DNA from: Salinivirgaceae bacterium
Lineage (GTDB): Bacteria > Bacteroidota > Bacteroidia > Bacteroidales > SZUA-534
Reading direction: 5' to 3'
Length of the DNA stretch: 64,000 nucleotides
NCBI GenBank assembly: GCA_017527435.1
Contig: JAFXQB010000001.1
Coordinates: 4,696 to 68,695, forward strand
Position numbers and translations under genes: made by a program. Every line of letters starts with the position of its first letter. Positions within the stretch are counted from its first letter, which is position 1. Shown here piece after piece: positions 35,007-44,290 of this stretch. The notes under the pieces were generated by a model that was not told the DNA's origin, made no database searches, and saw only the letters and a list, made by a program, of their open reading frames with translations.

Positions 35007-37109
35007 TCATTGCACAAAACCTTTTCTCCTCAACAGATTCTTCGGGTCGGGTTGGCGGCCACGGAAGTTGATGTAGAGCGTCATCGGGTCATCGGTGAAG
35101 CCGCGCTCAAGAATGTTGTGGCGCAAGCTGGTGGCCACTTCGCGGTTGAAGATGTCGCCAGTCTCCTTAAAGGCAGCAAACACATCGGCATCCAGAACCG
35201 CAGCCCATGTATAACTGTAATAACCTGCTTCATAGCCAGTTGTAAAAATGTGGCTGAAGTTGGTGCTTCGGTAGCGGACGATTATTTGCGGAATCATACC
35301 CATGCGCTCCATCGAAGCCTTCTCAAATGCTTCTACATCAATCGAATCGGTGGTTGTTATCAGATGATAGTCCATATCAAGGATGGTGGCTGACAGCAGT
35401 TCGGTCATCACAAAACCTTGATTGAACGTTTTGGCGCGTTGCAAGCTTGCAATAAGTGAGTCGGGAATTGTTTCTCCCGTCAGATAATGCTTTGCGTATG
35501 AGCGCATTACTTCGGGTTCGTAGCACCAGTTTTCCATCAGTTGCGAAGGCATCTCAACAAAATCGCGCGGCACGCTTGTGCCCGACAAACTTGGGTAGGT
35601 GCACTTCGACAGAAATCCGTGCAGTGCATGGCCAAACTCATGGAAAAGAGTCTCCACCTCGTCCATCGTCAGCAGCGAAGGCTTGTCGGCCGTAGGTTTG
35701 GTGAAGTTGCAGACATTGCAAATCACAGGCCGATGGTCAACACCATCCTTCACATACTGCTCGTTGATGTTGTTCATCCACGCACCACCGCGTTTTCCTG
35801 CACGAGGGAAGTAGTCGCCGTAGAAAATGCCCAGCAGTGAGCCATCGGCATCCACAACCTTAAACACCTCAACGTCGGGATTATAAACAGGCATCTCCGA
35901 CAGCTTTTCGAATTTCAGTCCATAGAGTTTCGTGGCCAAATCGAATACGCCCTGGCGCACGTTCTCAAGTTTGAAATATGGCTTCAGCGCTTCTTCGTCG
36001 AGATTGTATTTCTCGCGGCGCAGTTTTTCGGCGTAGAACCACCAGTCCCACGGTTCTAGTTTCTCGCCGCGGCCTTCGGCATCCATAAGTTTTTGAAGTT
36101 CAGCGGCTTCCTTTTTGGCCTGCGCCAACGATGGTTCCCAAACTGATGGAAGGAAATCCATCACATTTTTTGAGTTTTTGGCCATCGATGTTTCGAGAAT
36201 CATATCGGCAGGATTGTCGAATCCGAACATTTTTGCCTTCTCAACGCGTAGTCTAACCGTTTGATTGATAACCGATTTATTATCGTTTGCGTTGTTATTG
36301 TTGCCGCGCATTGTGTAAGCGATTAGCAGTTCGCGACGCAGTTCACGATTCGTACAATATTGAAGTACAGGAATAAAACTTGATTTCTGCGTTGTGAAAA
36401 GCCATTTGCCAGGTTGTCCTGCGGCAGCGGCTTCTTCGGCGGCGGCATTCTTCACATCCTGCGGCAGACCGTCCAAATCCTGTTCATTATCAATCCATTT
36501 CTGATAAGCATTGGTCTCGGCCAGCACGTTGCCGCCAAACTTGATGTCGAGCAGGCCCAACTCCTTGTTAATCTCGCGCAGACGGGCTTTTTGGTCATCG
36601 TTAAGGTTTGCGCCACTGCGGACGAAACTCTGATATTTCTTTTCTAGCAACCGCATCTGCTCTTGATTGAGATTGAGCGAATCACGCATATCATAAACTG
36701 CCTTGATTCGTTTGAAGAGTGCGGCGTTCAGGCAAATATTGTCGGAATGGTCGGAAAGCAAAGGCGTCACCTTTTCTGCAATAGCGTCCATATCTTTGTC
36801 AGTATCAGCCGAATAGAGATTAAAGAAGACATCCGAAACGCGTTCGAGCATTTCGCCCGAATACTCAAGTGCTTCAATAGTATTGGCAAATGTCGGTGGT
36901 TCGGGGTTGTTTGCAATTGCTTCAATTTCAAGCGAATCCTGCCGCATTCCTTCAATAAAGGCTGGCATATAATGCTCGGTTTTAATCTTATCGAACGGTG
37001 GCACTCCGTATGGCGTGTCAAACTCTGCGAAGAATGGATTTTGTGTGTCGGCGCACGAGACGGTTAATAACGACATAAGACTGAAAATTAAATATTTGCG
37101 TTTCATCAT
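35007..37109 (-). CDS. dcp: M3-family peptidyl-dipeptidase
   Basis: HEFGHALHG zinc motif; lipoprotein-type signal MMKRKYLIFSLMSLLTVSC; 700 aa. Confidence 0.85.
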   Translation of the reverse strand: MMKRKYLIFSLMSLLTVSCADTQNPFFAEFDTPYGVPPFDKIKTEHYMPAFIEGMRQDSLEIEAIANNPEPPTFANTIEALEYSGEMLERVSDVFFNLYSADTDKDMDAIAEKVTPLLSDHSDNICLNAALFKRIKAVYDMRDSLNLNQEQMRLLEKKYQSFVRSGANLNDDQKARLREINKELGLLDIKFGGNVLAETNAYQKWIDNEQDLDGLPQDVKNAAAEEAAAAGQPGKWLFTTQKSSFIPVLQYCTNRELRRELLIAYTMRGNNNNANDNKSVINQTVRLRVEKAKMFGFDNPADMILETSMAKNSKNVMDFLPSVWEPSLAQAKKEAAELQKLMDAEGRGEKLEPWDWWFYAEKLRREKYNLDEEALKPYFKLENVRQGVFDLATKLYGLKFEKLSEMPVYNPDVEVFKVVDADGSLLGIFYGDYFPRAGKRGGAWMNNINEQYVKDGVDHRPVICNVCNFTKPTADKPSLLTMDEVETLFHEFGHALHGFLSKCTYPSLSGTSVPRDFVEMPSQLMENWCYEPEVMRSYAKHYLTGETIPDSLIASLQRAKTFNQGFVMTELLSATILDMDYHLITTTDSIDVEAFEKASMERMGMIPQIIVRYRSTNFSHIFTTGYEAGYYSYTWAAVLDADVFAAFKETGDIFNREVATSLRHNILERGFTDDPMTLYINFRGRQPDPKNLLRRKGFVQ

Positions 37110-37182
37110 TGTTACATATTATGATTTCGAAAGGTATGCTTTTTTGTTTTACATCATTATTTCAGTCGAAACAACCTTTTAT

Positions 37183-37190
37183 TACATTTG
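37183..37190 (+). promoter_or_regulatory. candidate -7 box TACATTTG
   Basis: Followed by C; 19 nt before ATG 37210. Confidence 0.45.
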
Positions 37191-37209
37191 CGCACAAAAT
37201 ATCACCCAT

Positions 37210-38256
37210 ATGATTGATTATAGCGAAGTAACACTGAATCAAATTGTTGTGCACAATATCGGCAGCCGCTCCGAAGAACAGGGCGTGCAATTGTCGAAAG
37301 CACCGACGCAAATCTTCGACGAGACTGCCGAAGACATTCTGAAGACATATTTTCTGTCGCATTTCAAGACCGAATACTTCTACCAGTTTGTGGATAACGA
37401 AGATTTACAGCAAAATGCGGTTTACGACTGCATCAGCAAGGTGTTCGACGACAATGCCCAGTTCTACCAGCAATCAACCAACATCGCCTGGCATCTGTAC
37501 GAAAAATCGAACCACCCGAACATCAAAACGGGCGAATTTTATATGGTGTATTTCAGCGGAATACAAATTGACGGTGTAGCAGTTGACGCCATCGGAATCT
37601 TCAAATCGGAAAACAAGGACACATATATAAAGGTGTGCCAGCAAGGCGACAGTTACGGTGTTGAATACGAAAATGGCATCAATATCAAGAAGTTGGACAA
37701 AGGATGCTTGATTCTGAACAACGAGCGCGAGACTGGCTACCAGGTGGCCATTGTCGACAGCACCAACCGCGGCGACGAGGCAATGTACTGGCGCGAGAGT
37801 TTCCTGAACGTGATGCCGCGCGAAAATGAATACTACCAGACCAACCAACTGTTCGACATCTGCAAGAATTTCAGCCACGATATGCTCACATCGCAAAACA
37901 AGGTTGACAAGGCCGACCAGGTGACGTTTATGAAGCGCGCAGAGCAGTTCTTCAACACGAACGACTTTTTCGATAGCGAGCAGTTTAAGAATGATGTCAT
38001 TGGCAACGAGCAGGTTAGCGCCGCATTCGAAGACTACAAGCGCAAGTTCGAGAACCAGAAGATGCTCTCGCCGATTGACCAGTTCGAGATTTCGGGCGAG
38101 GCCGTCAAACGTGGTAAGAAATATTTCCGCAGCGTGATTAAACTCGACAAGAATTTCCACATCTACGTGCACGCCAATCCCGACTACATCGAGAAAGGAT
38201 TTGACGAGCACAAAGGTTTGAAATTCTACAAGTTATTCTTTAGTAATGAGGAATAA
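37210..38256 (+). CDS. nucleoid-associated protein (NdpA/YejK-like)
   Basis: ATG 37210 (MIDYSEVTLNQIVVHNIGSRSEEQG...). The track ORF from 37015 overlaps dcp and the promoter. Confidence 0.55.
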   Translation: MIDYSEVTLNQIVVHNIGSRSEEQGVQLSKAPTQIFDETAEDILKTYFLSHFKTEYFYQFVDNEDLQQNAVYDCISKVFDDNAQFYQQSTNIAWHLYEKSNHPNIKTGEFYMVYFSGIQIDGVAVDAIGIFKSENKDTYIKVCQQGDSYGVEYENGINIKKLDKGCLILNNERETGYQVAIVDSTNRGDEAMYWRESFLNVMPRENEYYQTNQLFDICKNFSHDMLTSQNKVDKADQVTFMKRAEQFFNTNDFFDSEQFKNDVIGNEQVSAAFEDYKRKFENQKMLSPIDQFEISGEAVKRGKKYFRSVIKLDKNFHIYVHANPDYIEKGFDEHKGLKFYKLFFSNEE

Positions 38257-38424
38257 ATAATGGTATTGGGTGTTAGGTGTTTGGTATTAGTGGATTTAGA
38301 ATTTCGAATTATGAATTACGAGTTACGAACAAGAATCATTACACCTTAAACTTTACACTTTACTCAACCTTTTAAACTCTAAACTTCCAAACTTAATACT
38401 TCTAAAACTTAAAACTCATAAATT
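38257..38424 (+). repeat. composite strand-asymmetric intergenic element (copy B)
   Basis: 38257-38304 has no C (48 nt). Core CGAATTATGAATTACGA at 38305-38321. 38334-38426 has no G (93 nt). TAAACTCTAAACTTC (38373-38387) is the exact reverse complement of 14995-15009. Confidence 0.7.
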
Positions 38425-38712
38425 ATGGCAAGCAAAAGACAACTTAAAGGCGACATCACTTTCATTGTCAAAGAAATGGTTAGCGAATGTATTGCATACA
38501 CAATGATGGTTCCGAACGTTGACATCAAGGCCACCGAGGACCTGATAAACGACATTCTGGATTATTACGGCAAGGCTCTGGCCGACATCAACGCTGCTCG
38601 CAAGGTCGCAGCAGGCGAGCGCGGCGACAACCTGAAAGCCATCCGCAACGACGCCCGTCAGAAGGTGACAGAATTCGTTGGACGCATGGCAAAACTCAGC
38701 GAAAGCAAATAA
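38425..38712 (+). CDS. small hypothetical protein (95 aa)
   Basis: Clean ORF starting at ATG, with composition like its neighbours. No motif recognised. Confidence 0.4.
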   Translation: MASKRQLKGDITFIVKEMVSECIAYTMMVPNVDIKATEDLINDILDYYGKALADINAARKVAAGERGDNLKAIRNDARQKVTEFVGRMAKLSESK

Positions 38713-38747
38713 AAAAGAAAACTATTGGCAAAACGGAACACAAATAG

Positions 38748-38755
38748 TACCTTTG
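38748..38755 (+). promoter_or_regulatory. candidate -7 box TACCTTTG for thrS
   Basis: Followed by C; 27 nt before ATG 38783. Confidence 0.4.
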
Positions 38756-38782
38756 CCGACCATTTTTAGTGGACGTATTATT

Positions 38783-40723
<1,941 letters not shown>

Positions 40724-40738
40724 TTATAGGAGAACCAT

Positions 40739-41290
40739 ATAATAGAAAACAAACCACAAGGGAAGTCCGGGTCAGATGACAAGGCTGCCAATAGGATTAA
40801 TGAGGAAATCAGAGTGCCGAAAGTCCGTTTAGTGGGCGAAAACGTGGAGCAAGGTATCTACAGCATTCGCGACGCTTTGAGAATTGCCGAAGAACAGGGT
40901 TTAGATTTGGTTGAGATTTCGCCAAACGCCGACCCACCGGTATGCAAGGTGATTGACTACAGCAAATTCCTTTATGCTTTGAAAAAGAAGCAGAAGGAGA
41001 TGAAAGCCAACGCTTCGAAGGTTGTAATCAAGGTTATCCGCTTCGGACCGCAAACCGATGAGCACGACTTCAACTTCAAGAAGAACCACGCAATCAAGTT
41101 CCTTGAAGAGGGTGCAAAAGTGAAGGTTTACGTGTTCTTCAAAGGCCGCTCAATCCTGTTCAAAGACCAAGGCGAATTGGTTCTGCTGCGTTTGGCCAAC
41201 GAACTTGAGGAATACGGCAAAGTTGAGCAGTTGCCGACTCTTGAGGGTAAAAGAATGATAATGACTATTGTACCGAAAAAGAAAAAATAA
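40739..41290 (+). CDS. infC: translation initiation factor IF-3, probable non-AUG (AUA) start
   Basis: The track starts at GTG 40814, which would remove the conserved NRINEEIR segment. The frame is open from 40730, and the only start-like codons before the GTG are ATA (40739, 40742), ATT (40796) and ATC (40808). Confidence 0.8.
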   Translation: MIENKPQGKSGSDDKAANRINEEIRVPKVRLVGENVEQGIYSIRDALRIAEEQGLDLVEISPNADPPVCKVIDYSKFLYALKKKQKEMKANASKVVIKVIRFGPQTDEHDFNFKKNHAIKFLEEGAKVKVYVFFKGRSILFKDQGELVLLRLANELEEYGKVEQLPTLEGKRMIMTIVPKKKK

Positions 41291-41309
41291 ATTTAAATTT
41301 TGTACAGTT

Positions 41310-41507
41310 ATGCCTAAAATGAAAACCAATTCCGGCGCTAAGAAAAGATTCGTGCTTACAGGCACCGGAAAAATCAAAAGAAAACACGCTTACAAAAGCC
41401 ACATCCTGACCAAGAAAGGGACAAAGCAGAAGCGTAACCTGACTTATTTCACAACCGTTGACAAGGCTGATGTTAAGAACATCAAACTTTGCCTGGCAAT
41501 GAGATAA
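41310..41507 (+). CDS. rpmI: ribosomal protein L35
   Basis: [14 protein letters not shown]...; 65 aa from ATG 41310. Confidence 0.9.
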   Translation: MPKMKTNSGAKKRFVLTGTGKIKRKHAYKSHILTKKGTKQKRNLTYFTTVDKADVKNIKLCLAMR

Positions 41508-41610
41508 GCCGAAAAAGAAATCTATTTTTTAATTGTTTAACCGCGAATGTATTAGCTGTCGAAGTTTCCTAAAGGAGAGGAACGCTAACCATTCCTAAAA
41601 TCGTAAAATT

Positions 41611-41955
41611 ATGCCGCGTTCAGTAAATCACGTAGCTTCAAGAGCAAGAAGGAAGAAAATTTTAAAACAAACCAAAGGTAATTTCCTTGGCCGCGCCAAT
41701 GTGTGGACCGTTGCCAAAAACACCTTTGAAAAAGGCCAACAATACGCCTATCGCGACCGCCGCAACAAGAAACGCTCATTCCGCGCTTTGTGGATTCAGC
41801 GTATCAATGCCGGCGCCCGCCAATTTGGGTTGTCATACTCAGAACTTATTGGCAAACTGGCGAAAGCAAATGTTGAAATCAACCGCAAAGTCCTTGCCGA
41901 CCTTGCAATGAACCAACCAAAGGCTTTCGAAGCCGTTGTTAATTCGGTAAAATAA
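41611..41955 (+). CDS. rplT: ribosomal protein L20
   Basis: [19 protein letters not shown]...YRDRRNKKR. Confidence 0.95.
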   Translation: MPRSVNHVASRARRKKILKQTKGNFLGRANVWTVAKNTFEKGQQYAYRDRRNKKRSFRALWIQRINAGARQFGLSYSELIGKLAKANVEINRKVLADLAMNQPKAFEAVVNSVK

Positions 41956-41987
41956 ATCAAGATTTTCGATTGAGGTACAATAGATTA

Positions 41988-42017
41988 AGCCGTTCCTACT
42001 TGGGACGGCTTTTTTTG
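41988..42017 (+). terminator. intrinsic terminator after rplT
   Basis: AGCCGTTCC...GGGACGGCT stem followed by T7. Confidence 0.8.
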
Positions 42018-42144
42018 TGACTATATTTTGACGAAAACATGATAAAAGTGTTGTGACACGGCAATAGTTTTTTTCGTCATTCGTTTGATTCTTATCGAAA
42101 TTCGACAAACATTTGCACAAAATTTAAATTCAAAACATAGACTG

Positions 42145-42873
42145 ATGAAATTAGCGATTATCGGATACGGACGGATGGGCCACGAGATTGAGGCCATTGC
42201 CGTGAAAAGAGGGCACGAAGTTGTGCTGACCATCGACAAGGACAATATGCAAGACCTTGAAAGCGAGAAGTTTAAAACAGTTGATGTGGCCATTGAATTC
42301 ACATTCCCCGAATCGGCTGTTGGCGACTATCTGAAGTGCTTCAAGGCGGGTGTGCCTGTGGTTACAGGCACCACGGGCTGGCTCGACCAACGCCCGATGG
42401 TTGAGGACGAGTGCCGCAAGCAGAACGGCGGTTTCCTTTACGCTTCGAACTTCAGTCTAGGCGTGAACCTGTTCTTTGAACTGAACCGTAAACTTGCCGA
42501 AATGATGAGCAGTTTCCCCGATTATTCAGTGAGAATGAATGAGATACACCATATTCACAAATTGGATGCACCGAGCGGCACGGCCATCACCTTGGGCGAG
42601 GACATTGTGAAAATCAATCCGCGATTAGACAAGTGGGTAAAAACCGCTGATTGTCAGCCGAATGAGTTGCCGATAACATCGGAACGCATTGGCGAGGTGC
42701 CTGGCACTCACGAAGTTTTCTACCGCTCTGAGGCCGACGAGATTACCATCCGCCACGAAGCCTTCAACCGCAAGGGTTTCGCGCTTGGCGCTGTTGTGGC
42801 CGCCGAGTTTATGGCTGGCAAACGGGGCATCTACAGTATGAAAGATGTATTTGACTCAATATTAAAACATTAA
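42145..42873 (+). CDS. dapB: 4-hydroxy-tetrahydrodipicolinate reductase
   Basis: ATG 42145 gives MKLAIIGYGRMGHEI; EIHHIHKLDAPSGTA motif. Confidence 0.9.
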   Translation: MKLAIIGYGRMGHEIEAIAVKRGHEVVLTIDKDNMQDLESEKFKTVDVAIEFTFPESAVGDYLKCFKAGVPVVTGTTGWLDQRPMVEDECRKQNGGFLYASNFSLGVNLFFELNRKLAEMMSSFPDYSVRMNEIHHIHKLDAPSGTAITLGEDIVKINPRLDKWVKTADCQPNELPITSERIGEVPGTHEVFYRSEADEITIRHEAFNRKGFALGAVVAAEFMAGKRGIYSMKDVFDSILKH

Positions 42874-42876
42874 GCA

Positions 42877-44202
42877 ATGGAAAAGCCGTCAAAGAAAGAC
42901 ATTATCAAATTCAGCATCGCAATCGTAATCTACATTTTGTGGATTATCTGGAACGGCAGTCTGTGGTGGCTGCTGGGCATTCCTGTGATTTTCGACATCT
43001 ACATCACCAAAAAAGTTCATTGGGCTTTTTGGAAGAAAAAAGGCGTTGAGAAGCAGACAAAAACCGTGGAATGGATTGATGCTGTGATATTTGCGGTGGT
43101 TGTGGCGTCACTCATCCGCACGTTCTTGTTCGAGGCGTACACAATCCCCACTTCGTCGATGGAAAAATCGCTGCTTGTGGGCGACTATCTGTTTGTAAAT
43201 AAGTTCACTTACGGCCCGCGCAAGCCGATTACACCAATTTCAGTACCATTCGTGCATCACACGATGCCGTTCACTGCCACAACACGTTCATATTCTGATG
43301 TTTGGCAGCGAAAATACACGCGTATGGCTGGCTTCCGCAAGATTAAGAACAACGATGTGGTGGTGTTCAACTTCCCCGAAGGCGACACGGTTTGCCTTGA
43401 AAATCAGGCACCTAGTTACCACCAACTGGTGCGCGACTACGGCCGCGACAGAATCTGGCAGTACTACACCATCGGTTACCGCCCCGTTGACAAGCGCGAA
43501 AACTACATCAAACGCTGCGTGGCCATTCCTGGTGACTCGCTGAAAATTGTTGACGGACAACTGTTTATCAACGGAAAGCCGCAAGAAGAAATCGGCATCA
43601 AGCAGTATCGTTACGACATCATAACCGATGGTACATCGTTCAGTCCCAAGGCATTACAACGATTAGGCATATCGATGGAAGACATTAGCCGCAGCCAAAT
43701 TGCAGCAGGACACTATCAGATTCCATTGACACCCGAGATGGTTGAAAGTCTGCGTAACTTCCGCTTTATCAGAGAGATAAAACGCGTCAATGCAGGCGAC
43801 CGCTACGACGGCAGCAATTTCCCGCACGACGCGCGCTATCGCTGGAACGAAGACAACTTTGGCCCGCTGTGGGTTCCGCAGAAGGGCGCAACCATCGACT
43901 TGACAATTGACAATCTTCCTTTGTATCAGCGCATTATACGCATCTACGAAGGCAACGACCTGCAAGTCAAGGACAGCACCATATATATAAATGGGCAGCC
44001 CGCCGACAAGTACACCTTTGCAATGGACTATTATTGGATGATGGGCGACAACCGCCACAACTCGCTCGACTCGCGTTTCTGGGGCTTTGTGCCTGAAGAC
44101 CACATAGTTGGCAAGGCTTCGATGATTTGGTTCTCGTCGGACAAGGACCAATCGTTCCCGAAAAACATCCGCTGGCGCAGGTTGTTCAAATTCATTCATT
44201 GA
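42877..44202 (+). CDS. lepB: signal peptidase I
   Basis: Catalytic SSMEKSL box and GDNRHNSLDSRFWGFV box. Confidence 0.9.
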   Translation: MEKPSKKDIIKFSIAIVIYILWIIWNGSLWWLLGIPVIFDIYITKKVHWAFWKKKGVEKQTKTVEWIDAVIFAVVVASLIRTFLFEAYTIPTSSMEKSLLVGDYLFVNKFTYGPRKPITPISVPFVHHTMPFTATTRSYSDVWQRKYTRMAGFRKIKNNDVVVFNFPEGDTVCLENQAPSYHQLVRDYGRDRIWQYYTIGYRPVDKRENYIKRCVAIPGDSLKIVDGQLFINGKPQEEIGIKQYRYDIITDGTSFSPKALQRLGISMEDISRSQIAAGHYQIPLTPEMVESLRNFRFIREIKRVNAGDRYDGSNFPHDARYRWNEDNFGPLWVPQKGATIDLTIDNLPLYQRIIRIYEGNDLQVKDSTIYINGQPADKYTFAMDYYWMMGDNRHNSLDSRFWGFVPEDHIVGKASMIWFSSDKDQSFPKNIRWRRLFKFIH

Positions 44203-44255
44203 TTGAAGGATTGTAGTAATTGTGTTTCAAAGTTCGATTCACCGATTCACCGATT
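44203..44255 (+). other. C-free tail after lepB plus CGATTCAC tandem
   Basis: 44203-44227 has no C (25 nt, contains AAGGATTG). 8-nt unit CGATTCAC repeated about 2.6 times at 44235-44255. Confidence 0.6.
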
Positions 44256-44290
44256 AAACATAAAAAAGGTCTATCGCCAACAATAGAATA

